DNA of 63,884 nucleotides, counting the filler, from Intoshia linei (Eukaryota > Animalia > Orthonectida), in NCBI GenBank assembly GCA_001642005.1. It is 7 parts of 7 records of this genome, joined end to end, with 100 filler letters (N's around TTAATTAATTAA, not from the genome) between each part and the next. Parts side by side here need not be neighbours in the genome. Positions count along the whole stretch, not along the records: positions 1 to 28,766 come from LWCA01000402.1; positions 28,867 to 42,415 come from LWCA01001007.1; 5 more parts are not named here. One strand, 5' to 3'. The translations under genes and the position numbers were made by a program. Position 1 is the first letter of the stretch, and each line of letters begins with the position of its first letter. This document shows positions 25,801-39,300 of the stretch, piece after piece. The notes under the pieces are model-generated. The model worked only from the letters and a program-made list of their open reading frames with translations. It was not told the origin of the DNA and ran no database searches.

Positions 25801-28303
25801 AACATCAGTTTTTTTAAATTAAATGTAAATAAATTATATATGGATTATCACTCAACACATAAATCAAATGAATTTTCTGAATATTGGTTTACTTCATGGG
25901 TTCTTAACCTTTTTCTATTTGGCATTCAAAAAATGTAATATTATAACTACGATAACAAAAAATTGCTAGATGAAATAGCTTTAAATTTGAATTATAAAAA
26001 ACTTTTGAACATTAAAAACTCTGTGATTTGTCCATTTATTTTGGTGAATCCTTAAGATTTATGCTAAAAACGGAAAAATATTGGTTGATAATATATTAAA
26101 AATCAATGTTTTTATATTTTTTGGTTGTGATATTCATTAAAATTTAATTTTTGAAGATTTTTATTATGTTTTAATTTCTTATTCTTTTTCTAATTAAAAG
26201 ATAAATAAAACTCACACAAATAATATGATTTAAAAGTGTATTTGTAAGCGCATCGAAATCGGCATCGTTGAAAATTTAGGAATCGTCGCAGTACTTTTTA
26301 CTATACATTACCACATTTTAATTTAAATTAAATGGGTATCGATACCCATCAATCTTCCAACTGGTTCAGATTCTATATATTGCTTCATTAGTAATATTGA
26401 GAAAATTCTAAAAAGTTGAATGATCTGCTGTATTTTCAACAATTTGTTATTTCAATTTTGTTCATTTTAAGTTTACTTTGAAAACATAATTGAAATTTTA
26501 AGTGAGAGCTTCAATGAGTAATACTACAACCTATAAAAATGTTATATGGAAGACTGATTTAATGTCTTGATCACATTTATGATGTTTTGTAGTATTTGTA
26601 TTTTAGTGTGGAGATAGAATTATAAAATGTTGGAGCACCCAAAAAGATTTTCTAACGGAAGAAATATTTTCAATATCCACCAAGGTATGGTTTGTAAGAA
26701 ATGTTTAATTTAAATAATTTAGTCAAGATTGTTGTTTATGGATTATTGTCGAAACAGTACTACTTTTTTGACTAGTGGCGACAAAATTGATGTTTGGGTC
26801 GATGACAGATCAGTTCCAACCAACAGCCTTAAATGGGGTTGTGATTCCATCAATTGTTCCAAATTCAATCCAATAGAAGTACTTTTTAATATTGCATTTT
26901 AATTTTTTATTTTATATTATACATTTAATTTAGACAAATATTATTGCGAGTACCTGTTCAGACAATAGTATTATTTTATACGACTTGCGCGATTCTACTC
27001 CGATGAAAAAGGTTATTTTATTTGTTATTTTTAATGTAAAAATTTCACATTACTATGAAAATTGTTTTTTCAGGTTCATGAGTTTTTTGTTAACTACAGA
27101 TTTGGTCTAATATTTTATTTATTCATTATAGATGGTTATGGACATGGCAAGTAATTCGTTATGTTGGAATCCAATGGATCCGTCTTCCTTAACGATTGCT
27201 AATGAAGATTACAAGTAAAAATTAATTTAAATAGTGAAACTCATGCATCGAAGTTTTTAAATTATATTTTTATTTCATTTTTTAGCCTTTACACGTTTGA
27301 TATTAGAAATTTCAAAAAAGCTCGAAATGTTCACAAGGACCACGTCTCTTCAGGTATACTTTATAAGTTATTTAGTTAATGCTATTCATTTCATACAAAA
27401 ATAGTTTACATGCTTAGAAAATACAGGTTTAATTTTGGATTCGACAATCTGCATCTGCCCACATCTGAAATCTATATCAGCTAAATGTTTTATCAAAAAT
27501 TCCACTAACCCTGTTCTTATATCCTCGAATATAGCTAAAAATTCTTCTAGACCCAAATTGTTACACATCCCTGATGTAATATATTCCATTTTGAATAGTG
27601 CAGTTTTTTTTAAAATTTATAAAACTAATTTGACCATAAATGTACTATTTCTAAAACGTCAACAAATTTCTTTTTACGGAATTTTTCCAATAACTATTAT
27701 AAAATGTATTCACATTTCTGCTTTTTACCCATTATTTAGTAATTGATTTGGATTACTCACCTACTGGAACAGAATTTGTATCAGCTAGCTACGATAAAAG
27801 TTTGAGAATTTTCAATTCCAACAAAGGGCATAGCAGGTATGTGTAATAATATCAACATATTCAATTTACCTAGAGATGTATACACTACAAAAAGAATGCA
27901 AAGGGTAATGTGCTGTAAATGGACATTGGACAATAAATTTATTTTGTCTGGGTCAGACGAAACAAACGTTCGATTATGGAAATCTGGTGCTTCAGATAAG
28001 ATGGGAACGTTAATGTACCGCGAAAAAATGCATTTAAATTACTGCAACAGCTTAAAAAACAAATATAAACACCATCCACAAATTAAACGAATAGCTAATC
28101 ACAGACATTTACCAAAAGATATTTATTCTGAAAGAAAACAATTGAGAGAATGCCATGATGCTGCAGAAAAAAGGTTCATTTTTATTCATAATTTAAAATT
28201 TCATTTTTTTACTAGATTTAAAAACAAACAAATGAATTCTGGTAAAAGGAAAATAGCCAAAGTTTCAGAACGAAAGAAATCAATTCAAAATGTTTTGAAC
28301 TAA
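22809..28303 (+). CDS. DCAF13: DDB1- and CUL4-associated factor 13 (WDSOF1/Sof1), multi-exon, with one TE-filled intron of about 3.3 kb
   Basis: MLIKTLSRNPDEYVRETK; HPFKVEREYTRALNATKLDRVFSKPF; LCWNPM; IANEDY; DYSPTGTEFVSASYDKS; ILSGSDETNVRLWK; RIANHRHLPK. Confidence 0.93.
23713..24189 (-). mobile_element. Internally deleted piggyBac-like transposase ORF: acidic N-terminus joined to the C-terminal Cys-rich domain
   Basis: RRNCKLC...TKFCCKTCNKSLCSVPCFSNYH matches the piggyBac CRD pattern; no DDD core; antisense within a DCAF13 intron. Confidence 0.7.
24820..25491 (+). mobile_element. Non-autonomous Helitron family copy with intact 3' end
   Basis: Hairpin CTGTTTGTAC-GTA-GTACATAACAG followed by CTAG|T at 25488-25492. 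Confidence 0.8.
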
Positions 28304-28390
28304 TGTTTATATGTTGATATTTTTAATTTGTATTATACTATATTAAATATTATGTTTATCAATCACTTAAATTATTTATTAGTAATAATA

Positions 28391-28610
28391 CAGTGCGCGA
28401 CATAAGTCTTAGGCACCACAATTGTAATTAATTTAAACACTCTTGGTTCATGATTTAAGACATTTTCTTATATCATATCTAGTGTATGATCAAGAACAAA
28501 TATTTAACAACCCTATAAAAGTAAAAACTATAAATTTTTTTTAAAATTTAAGGAAATATAGGTATTTTTAATTGCAAAATTCCGAGCGACATAAGTCTTA
28601 GGCACCTATA
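28391..28610 (+). mobile_element. Tc1-like IR/DR terminal fragment
   Basis: TA|CAGTGCGCGACATAAGTCTTAGGCACC, with an internal direct repeat GCGACATAAGTCTTAGGCACC at about 28586. Confidence 0.6.
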
Positions 28611-28663
28611 AAATACTACAATTAATTATGATAAATGAAAATATTAGATAAATATATATAAAA

Positions 28664-28766
28664 GTAGCTTGGCTGTTTTGTACTACGTACAAACAGCACC
28701 TAGCTCTACCGAGGGACTCTTTTATTATACCAAAAAAATAAATTCACGTTGAAAATCTAACTTAAA
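28664..28766 (-). mobile_element. Helitron family 3' end
   Basis: Near-identical to the 50768 and 54929 copies; runs into a gap. Confidence 0.75.
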
Positions 28767-28866
28767 NNNNNNNNNNNNNNNNNNNNNNNNNNNNNNNNNN
28801 NNNNNNNNNNTTAATTAATTAANNNNNNNNNNNNNNNNNNNNNNNNNNNNNNNNNNNNNNNNNNNN
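28767..28866. other. Assembly gap (N44-TTAATTAATTAA-N44); identical gaps at 42416-42515, 55337-55436, 57344-57443, 59755-59854, 62684-62783
   Basis: Fixed 100-nt spacer with an all-frame stop linker. Confidence 0.97.
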
Positions 28867-29242
28867 TTGACGATCTCAATTGAGATAATGAGATACATCA
28901 TTCTGCTCCAAATTTAATATGCTACCTTTTTTAATATTCATATTTTATAAGTAAAATTGTGTGTTGTCTAGTGTTATTGAGATCATTTTTTACTTTTATG
29001 TATTTTATATGTAATTTTTATGGCATCAAATTAAACATTGTACAGTGATTGAAATACTTGCACAATTAATTCATTTCTTACTACATGTATAATGAAAATT
29101 ATAACTTATAATAATTCAATTTATATAATTTTATACAATTATGTATTAATAAACAATATATTCCACGATAATAGCTGAATTAATAATAAGGAAATAATTT
29201 AAATTAGAATCACAGAATGTAGAATTAATCACTACTACGAAT

Positions 29243-31120
29243 ATGGAAAAAAATGTGACTAATGAATTTGAACTTAAATATGGAGAATATGTAGAAAGTG
29301 AAAACGAAAACACTGACAATTATAATCCGGATATAGACGTTTTAAAAAAATATATAAGCCCATATCGTCTTCAGGAATATAAACAAATTCTCCGAAAAAA
29401 AATATCCAATAATCACGTATATTTTTTATTAATTTAAATTTCATATTATATCATTATTATTTAAAAATTATTCATTTGAAAAGTTTTTAATTTTTAAGTG
29501 CTAAGTGGTATAATTTAATTTAGGTTTTAGTAACGTTTTTTGTTTGTAAGATGGGAGTCTAACATCTTACTAATGGAACTAAACAAATTTATGAAAAGAG
29601 TTAATAATGTAACTTTGTAATGTTTTGTTTACTTTTATAAATATAAAAAGTTATTTATTGGAAACCAAATTTCTCAAAAACCGGGGCGTATATATGTATT
29701 AGTTTCGATCATTTCGACATAGGTACATTTGTAATTTCGGAATTCTTGAAATATAATTTATAAATTTAATAATTTGATAAATGTTAAAAATATTCATTAG
29801 AGCGTTGGCAATATTAAAAAATGGTACAATGGTTTGATTAATATTTATCTTCCAAAAATTGTATACAATCACACTTGTCCAATTTATTATAAAATCTTCA
29901 AATCTAATAAAAATAAAATTATTAGTTTTAAGTCATATTATTGTACTGAATCAAAATGTTACAAGTAATTTTACAATAATAGTAATTAACATATAGATAC
30001 ATGTATAATATACATTGTATATTGTACATCAGGGGTCGGCAACCAGTGGCACACGTAATACTTTTGGTGATCCTTTATTTATTTTTCAACTTTTTAACCC
30101 TTTCACTTTCTGATGCAATTTTATGTACTATCAACACACGTCTGGAATTTGTTTTAATTTAAACTTGTACTTGTATTATTTTTATATTACCTGTGTAAAA
30201 ATGTATAAAAATAAAACAATAAAGTTTTTCAAAATTATGCTGTCTATATCATAGAATACACAGACGTGTGAAATGAAATTGCGGTGTATAGTATAGAATA
30301 CACAGACAGTGAAAGGGTTAAATACTGTTGTAGCGTTGCTATATCTCTTATGTACATATCTGACTTTATTTATACTCTTAGTTACACAAATTAGACAACC
30401 GCACTTTTACAAATAGATTATGTGAACAACTTAAATTTATAATTTTTGTATACCAATAAATTAAATATTATATCTCATTACAACTGTTTTAAACATTTTC
30501 TACTATAATTATAATTGGCTCATTATAATTATTTTAATAGTGAATTTTTAGATCGTCCTGGATTTTATTTTGTTGAATATACTAGAACCGTTTCTCTTCA
30601 GTTAAAATTGAAATGTATAATGTGTAAATTTTCAAAAACGGGGATGTATAATTTTTGGTATAAAAATGTGGCCCACGGGATGCAAATTGTTGCCGACTCC
30701 TGTTGTACATTAATAACATTATATTAAATCGCTGCACATGATGAGTAGCGATTTAGTTTAGAATATTAGAATAGTTAAAAAATTTAGCAGCAAAATTGTT
30801 TTTGGTACGGAGCGATTGGGGCAAGAAACATTTTATGCCTTTTTATTTTTATTATTATTTATAAAATATTTTTTTTTAATAATTGTTAAGTCTTATCATC
30901 AGGAAAATAAATATTATAGTCTACTGTATGTAAATCATATATATTTCAACTTTACATTTTATATAAAATGCTAATTGTAAAAAATTAGAAAATTTCAAAT
31001 TTTTGCCATCAAAGAGACAAACTTGTTATTAATTGTATCAGATAAGTCATGTAAATGCGACTCTTATAATAAAACACAATTATGGGAAATATCAAAAAGT
31101 GAATATACAATAGAAGGTAA
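29243..31120 (+). CDS. Possible uncharacterised multi-exon gene
   Basis: Open segments bounded by AG/GT (MEKNVT...NNH|gt; SVGNIKKWYNG...CTESKCY|gt); I could not assemble a full model or recognise a family. Confidence 0.3.
30030..30702. mobile_element. hAT MITE carrying a nested piggyBac MITE and a LINE-like remnant
   Basis: Ends CAGGGGTCGGCAAC / GTTGCCGACTCCTG; perfect TSD TTGTACAT. Confidence 0.88.
30098..30317. mobile_element. piggyBac-type MITE (220 bp)
   Basis: TTAA|CCCTTTCACT ... AGTGAAAGGG|TTAA. Confidence 0.88.
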
Positions 31121-34100
31121 TTTTAATTTGTAATTAAGATGTGGATAATAATATATTTGAAATCACTGATTTAGATATGATTTTCAATTCTATATATTAA
31201 TGTTTTTTAACAATGTTTAAAATTTTTTGTTTTTATTAATAGTTAGTCAAAATTCGCCACTTTGAGTTTATTCATGGGTATTTTAACCTTTTTAACATTT
31301 ATATACTTATATTTAGTATTTTAGTTTAAATTTAATTTTTGTTTTTGGCCAGTTTCCAGGATGATAACGGTTTGATATTAATATTTGATTCATACATTTG
31401 TATGTACTGTCATATTCCCTTCATTAAGCATGAGTGTCATAGCCGTTTTAAGGCATGAGCAATATGGGCTGTAGCCCAGGGCCACTTATTAAAAAAGGTC
31501 CCCAAATTAATAAAAGTACTTTACACTTATATCTTAAAAAGAGGCCCCAATTTATTAAAAAATACTTCACATTTATATCTTAAGAAACAGTTTATAAGTT
31601 TTGAAGTGTGGTAATTCAATTAGCTAGAAAAAAAATAGTTTAAAGAATTAAAGTTCTGGTAAATATTCAATTTAAAATATATTTTACAATTTTCATCATA
31701 TAATATTGACATAAAAACTGTTTTAAATGATAGTATTAAACATTAAAACGTTTCTATTAAGTGAATATTCAAAAAAGAAAATAGAAAATTTTGATTTTCT
31801 CTTATTAATTTTCAAAAAAGTTATGTTATATTTTGACCAGTAAAATTATAATTATATTATATGATTAATTATTATATTAGTAAAATATTATCTCTTGATA
31901 TTGTTGTTTATATTCAGATTTTGCATTTTATTTTAATAGAAAATCCATAACTTTGACACCTAATAGTGTCATTATTATAGTGACATAAATCCAAATAGTG
32001 TATTTTTTGGTTATACGAATCTTGTCTCTCCGGCGTTGGAGAAGGAATTAGTGGTCATATTATGGAGGACCAATCATCACGGGCCTACTATTCGAAATTA
32101 ATAGATAATACATAAAAACTTATTACTGTGGCGATAAATTTTTTTACTCCATCAGAGTAACACAGAATTAAGCGATTTTTATTGGATCTGCAATTTTCAT
32201 CCTACCGAGCCTCATGTATGCCACCACTGCACTTGGCCGGGTATAACCACTACTTTAAATCTAATGAAATCTCTTTTTTCAAATTGATGTATGACCATAT
32301 GACGATTAATAGTCGAGATAAGGATAATTGGCCATTATATCGTTTTTGGAATTTTCTAAACTATTCATCATATTAACCAGTAGTAAGCGTCACAGTGTGC
32401 GAGGTGTGCGGAGCACATCTAGAAAAATTAATTCAACTAAGGTATCATGCACTGTTAATATCAATTTTCAAAATATTTTCAATTTTTGGGGGACATTTAG
32501 AGGAGAAGTGGGTGGTCTTTTTTGATTTCAAAAAATTTAAAAAGCATATTCGTAACATCCACATAATTACTCATTGTCTTCGAGGGTACTTATTGTTTAC
32601 TTAAAAAAAGCTGTTTTTGTACACTAACTAATACGTAATAATAAGTAATAATATGTAACGATAAATTCTAACTTCATAATTGCACTCTAGATAAAATATT
32701 TTATTCAGCCTTTGTTTTACTTTAATTAGACGTAGAGTCTACGTCGTTGAAATTTTATTTTTATTAATATTAAGCGTATTTTTAGTGCCAATAATTACTT
32801 ATCAGATTTTACGCTTGGACAAAACTACTTTTGTGTAACAAATTATGTAACATTCTTTAAAATCCTACATATTAACTGTAACAAGCCTCTCGTTTATTGG
32901 CCCAACACGAATACATATACTATATTATGTTGAATTTGATTATTAATTTCGTGATAAAATGAATACTGACATGTTCATTATCATTTATCATCATCACAAT
33001 TTTCATATTATGAAAAAAATGTAGAATCTATAAGATTCTATATATAGATTTAAAAGATACATTTAATATATAATAGATTTAAAAAGATGATGAAATGGGG
33101 TTCCAAAATAAAAATGGGTTCCACGAGTAACAACAATGGTGGGTCCACTAAAAAATTAAAAATTTAACTAATTTCTTACGAGTCGTGACATAAGGATCGT
33201 AATGAAACAAAAAAATAAATTGCGGGCCGGATACGGGTGGTTAATTAAATATGTTAACGGCACGGATGAGTAAGAACCGGAAAGTGTTGAATTGTGCAGG
33301 GCTTTAATATATCTCCAAATAATCAGAAGTTGCATTATAAAGTACTAAAAGGTGGAATTATTTCGAAACATTTCAAAATAATTATTCGCGACGTGCTTTA
33401 ATGTTAAATTCAGTTGATATTTGATTACTACAAAACTCTAGTACAAATCAGTTGACGTTCATTATGTACGTCGTAAATAGTTTATATTATAAATATATTC
33501 AAATTTAGTCACATTTGTAAGCATAATAAACAGATTTTGGTGGCTTTACAATTTTATTTGTAAACATTGAAAATGGTTAAGATTAGCACTGAAATCCACT
33601 ATTCTCAGACATTTCATAAATTCATCAATTTATTTACATTTGTCCCGATGAAAATAATTTTCTAATTTCATAAAATCAGAATTGTCCGATTATTTTCAAA
33701 AATATTGGTATTATATAGCTTCAGATTAAATTTTTAAGTGGTTCTAAATTTTTGACTAAATATCAAACACAAAGCGCAAATGTATCTTCTAAACAAACAA
33801 TCAAATACGCAATTTTTAATGATTTTTTTTTTACAGTGAGCATTGAATAAAAAATGTAATTTTTTATTACACCTCTTTAATATTTAATAATAGTAATTTA
33901 ATATTGAGACTTTCTTCGAGAATGGTCGACGAAGTTTTTGTAAAATGTGTCTATATTTATATTTTCATGGACTTTGACCTTGGTAGGCTCGGATCTGATT
34001 AAATTTCCATTTGCAGTCATAGTAAATGTAAATAAATCAGTGTTTTCCAACTTTATATATCCTTTGTAGAAAAAAATGTGTAATTGACAAACGTTAATTA

Positions 34101-34433
34101 ATAAAATTCGAACAAAGGTGATGTAATGAAAATAAATTTATTATTGGTAAGTTATCAATGATAACATTACACTATAAATGCAGTTAATAAGCTTTGAATA
34201 AATTAAAATTTTAGAATTGGTTAATCATAACGGGAAATGCCAACAAATTCGACCTACCGGGCATGTAAATATATCAAAATGCATACAATCAAAATACGAC
34301 AAGGATGAAAACAAAACATTCGCTGAATGCGGAGCCTTCAGCCTAACCAAGAATTTTATAAAAATTTTAATGTGTTACACGATATTGATAATAATTTAGT
34401 TAAAACTTGAATAAAAATGCAAATTAATAAAAA

Positions 34434-35725
34434 CTAATTGCTAGTATTTGAGTTTGAATCTTTTCTACTGCGGTATTGTAATTGCGTTTTCCATTTAATG
34501 GGTTTATTTGAGTTTAATTTTGAATCAAAGGAAACGGATCGTTTTCTAATCTCTGACGGTTGATTAGAATCGATAAATTGTTGAAATTTAGTTTTTACTT
34601 CAGTTTTATCATTTCTGGACTTTGTACTCAAATCGAGAATAGAATTCTGAAAATTTGAAGTTGCAACAGATTCTTTAGATTTAAAAATATATGTGTGGTT
34701 AGCAAAAAGGTTATTTTGGTTCAATGTAGAATAATGAATCAATTCGGGACCAGTAAGGGAATCTTGTTTGAGTTGAGTGGCATATGGATTTTGTTCGAAA
34801 AGCTGATTTGTAATAAAGTTTTGGCCGTGTGAATATGTACTGCGGCGGTACATATTGTGGTGCATGTTGAATTGATTGTAATTATTTACAAGAGAATCAA
34901 TCGTAGGCATTTTGACAGGGTTGATGCAAACATCTTGTAGCTTGTTGCTGTCGTCATTCCGTTTGCGTTTTCTATTTTGCCATTCTGGTTTAAAGTTGGT
35001 AGTATTTTTGGTTTTAATTATATTGTCCAAACATTTAATTTGATGCTTGCGTAAAGGTAAAGTTATTTCTCCGGCAGAATAAGTTCCTGATCTAAGTCGC
35101 ATGTGAGGTGACATGGAATGTTGCGTAAACTTGACTTTAGCTTGTTCGAAAATGTCAGTACCAGATGTGATGGTACCTTGATTAATGAATGCCGTTTTTC
35201 CGTATCGACGTGAAGGTTGGTAATATTTGTAGGAGTTTATAAAATTCAGAAACGTAGTCAACGGTGGTATCGCGGCGTTAGATTCATCGGAATCAACATC
35301 TGGAGATTTCATATTCAAGAGACCTCTAAGTGTGTGATTTTCATTATCATTATCGTTGCAGAAAAATTTGCTCTTTTCGTCAATCTTTACAGCAGACATT
35401 TTATTGACAATATTTTTATCATATAATTTTGGTTCATTCGACATGCCATCGTTTTCTCGAGATTTAGTTTCCACACTCTCAAAGATTGAATCAAGAATCA
35501 CATTTCTCATGTATTTTTTCAAATTCTGCTTCTTTTCAATCACATCTAAATACGTTTTAAAACACCAAAACATATCATACCTTTTTCTTTTGAATATGGA
35601 ATCAAATGTAAATTCATAATATCAAAAGTCTTGGTTTCGCTAAAGCTGGGGGAGCAAAAAAGTTTAGATTTTGATACTTGAACAGGTTTCAAATTGTAAA
35701 GAACGTCATTAATGGAATTGGACAT
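34434..35725 (-). CDS. Uncharacterised, probably disordered nuclear protein; exons 35725-35581 and 35545-34434
   Basis: Long ORF plus an in-frame upstream exon across a 35-nt GT-AG intron; N/S/Q/K-rich; RKRKR NLS-like; ILDLSTK. Confidence 0.75.
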
Positions 35726-36391
35726 ATTTTACTCTAAATGCAAAATAAGAAATGAACATGCAAGAACGTATATGAAAATATTTACATTAATTAATCGCAC
35801 CAGCCTATTTATGTATTACTAGGTGCAAACGCTAGTTTTATAAATTGTCAGATATAAACAGATGTTGAATTGGAAAAAAAATTAAATTTACCAATGAAAC
35901 TTTAAAGTGTAATGAAATACTAAACTTTAAAATAAACAAATTTTCGATAAAGTACTCAAATATATACTTTATACACGTGTTTGTTTTATTATGTCTGCAA
36001 ATTTAAATAAAAAATTGAAATGCACCCTTTAACCCACGATAGCAGACTGCACATTTACAGCTACACATTGGTCATGTTTTAAATTTTTATTCATATCGTC
36101 TAGACAAGTACGAAGCGAATCCACATATTTACATAAAATGTTTAAAAAAATTTTAAAATTTTGTACATTGCATTTAATCTACATTACATTAGCATGAGTT
36201 GGTCCAGTTATTTAAATTAATCTAGAAAATACCATAAATTTCTCGCAAATATTCCATTTTTCATCGATCAATATTAGGCTTAATTTCATTGTGAATAAAA
36301 TGAAATTACAATAAGGTGACTAGACGAAATTAAATTACTCAAACAAGATTCATAGCCCAAATTATACAGACAGTTTATTTATTGAAATTTA

Positions 36392-39300
36392 TTAAACATA
36401 ATACATTTTATTTTGTAATATTTTGTTAATCTTGATAAGATTCGGTATATTTTCAGGGTTGCAATCTTTGATGAGATGTCGTGCTCTGAAAGCTACTAAA
36501 TGAGCGTAATATACTGGTGCAGGAATTGAAACTGAACGAGTAGCTCGTACAAACGTAAAGCACAAGTTGTAAGTGAGACGCTGCAGCATTTTAGCACTCA
36601 TATTGTTTTCGTCTAACAAGACATGATAATGTGCAGGCCGAGATGTCCCCTAAATTTATTATTTCTTTAGAAACCACAATTTTATTTTAATCATAATTTA
36701 ATTTAATTTACTTTTATTCCTTCAGATGAAACCATAAAGAAGTCGTATTCTTTTGGATGAATTATGTCTGTATCAATTATTGTACCACATGAAACATTTT
36801 TCATGGCTATATTAAAATATAATATTCAATTTAAAATTAGTTTAAATGAACTAAAACTATAAAATTGTATATTTAGAATATATCAGCCCTTTGAAATAAA
36901 AATAAATTCTAAAATTTCAAACTACACACTCAAACAACTGTTGTGTGGTTTTACGGTATTGAAACAATGACTAATTTTTAAAATCACACAATTTTGTCGT
37001 GCATCTGTGGCCGTATTATAAAAATAGTATTCATTCTATTTTTTCGCCTTTAAACACTAACACTAACAACTAGCCCTGTACGCCTCGGTCCGTGGATATT
37101 GACGGGTAACAGTTAAATTTTGCACAAGCGTATTCGATTTTAGTAGAAAAAATAAAATATAGAATAATGGCTCTCGAACTTGTCCAGTTATAATTATGAT
37201 TAATTATTAATTAAAAAATAGACATGACTAAAGTACGTAAAACCAATACTCCAATTCAGATATCTTAAAAAATCTCTAAAATTTATTTTATTTCTGCAGA
37301 GAATGCGCTGATGAAAAATTTAGCGATCACCGACTTAGAGAATAGTCATGGAATTGAAAATTTAAAAAATTACGATTATCAATAGAAAACATTCGAGTAT
37401 GGTGTCTTTTTTGAACAACAATAATACTTATTGTTGGACTAGATTTTTTATCAACATCACGGCAAGCATTGCGAATTGCGGGGAGTTCATCATTCAAAAT
37501 CTACAAATTAAAATAAATTCAATATAAAAATATAATTACAGCTTGAAACTGACCTTCACCAACTCCGTCCCGGTAGTAAAATATTCTAAATATCAAAATA
37601 AAATTAATATACAATTTCAAGTTTAAAAATATTTGTCAATCATTGCAACCTTTAAAAACGGGACTTTTATTCTTTGAAATGTATGTAACGCAGTTAATGC
37701 TTTTACAAATTAATACGTTTTTATCGTTATTGGAATTTTTATAATAGAAAATGGGATCTACGATGAAAAAAATTTGCGACCTTTCGATATAACGTCTAAT
37801 AATACAGTATTCTGGTAGTTTTTATAAAAGTAAGGATATTAAAACAAATTTCAGAGACCAGTAACCAGTTAGGTTACTAAAAAATTTCAAATAATTGTGT
37901 TACAAAAAAGGATCTTAGTCTTATTTAATTTTGAGTGCTTCTTACAATCAAAAACAGTTGACCACCCATCCTATTGAATAGTTTTTTACATTTTTAAATA
38001 AAATTTCTAATTTCGCTTCAGTTTAGTTGAAAATATGTATTTTTAGATTAATATTATTATTATTGATATCTAATTACTTGTAAAGTGCGTATCTAAAAAA
38101 AACTCGCAACTATGATAATTATTTAAATTAATATCAAATATTATAAATTTTAGGAATTAACTTTTAACCAAATCAATTAAGCTACTTAAAGTAATACAGC
38201 AGAATAGTTATTATTTTTCAAATGTCAAGGTAAAAAAATTTAATTTTTTTTTAATTCACACGATACGAAGTTTGTATCGTGTTTTTACAACTACACACTT
38301 AAAATAACCCCTGATACAAACCGTAAGTATTAACCCGAGTATGATTTATTCGAATCTGTTGTCCATCCAATCAATCCAAAGAGCAAAAATAAATATAATT
38401 ATGACATTGCCGGTTAATTGCAGCAATTTTCAACAAAGTATATATGGAACACCTGGGTTCACAATAGAAATAAAGATTTTTTTAATGTCGACAGGAATCC
38501 TGCATTATGACACCATAGTTACTCACTTAATTTGAACGGCATACATCAATGGTTCCCGATTAGGGTCCATACTATATGCCTGCGGGTTCGTGAGACTTAA
38601 ATAAAATATAAAAACATTTATTCAAATTTTTTTATTTTTATAAAAGAATTTTTAATATTTATTAAAGAGTTGCCAGATGTTGGGACTTTATCCCAAAGCC
38701 TAGACGCCCGCTACATTATTATTTAAAAAATCCCACTTTTATCCCATCATTAATAAAATTTAATAAAAAATACAATTTGAAACCCTCAGGAGAAATTCAA
38801 ATTTTACCGACATTTTTTTGACAAAAACGATTTTACCAAATCTTACAAGAAAAAATCTTCAATTTTTATCTTTGGGGTCCTAAAAAATAAATATTTTGAA
38901 ATGGGAGTCTGAACATTATTTGAATCTGGAAACACTGGTGTAAATGTTACGAATCAAGTTAATCATTAACCTAGATCACGGTGTACAACCTTTCTATCAA
39001 TTCTGTCGCAAAACTACTTTACTCATTGATACCACGGCAGCATAAAATTTACTTTGATATTGAAAAATTTTTTAAATCCATTTTGAGAAACTGGGGCAGT
39101 AAAAAAATTAATTTTTGTAAAACATTTTAAATTGTCCTTGAATAAAATCTAATTTAAACTTTTTCAATTTCAAGTAAAATTGTATATTGCACTGCACAAT
39201 AAAGCCACAATAAAATTAAAGTAAGTCATTTTAAAAAGATGTTATGTAATTAAGTTTGTAAAGTTAAACATAAATATTATAAACTACACAGTTCGAATAC

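Noticed and set aside
28767-28866. TTAATTAATTAA flanked by N runs, recurring six times
   Set aside because: Scaffolding linker with stops in all frames; an assembly artefact
32180-32260. SGYTRPSAVVAYM resembling a dual-specificity phosphatase loop
   Set aside because: No catalytic HC motif and stops immediately upstream
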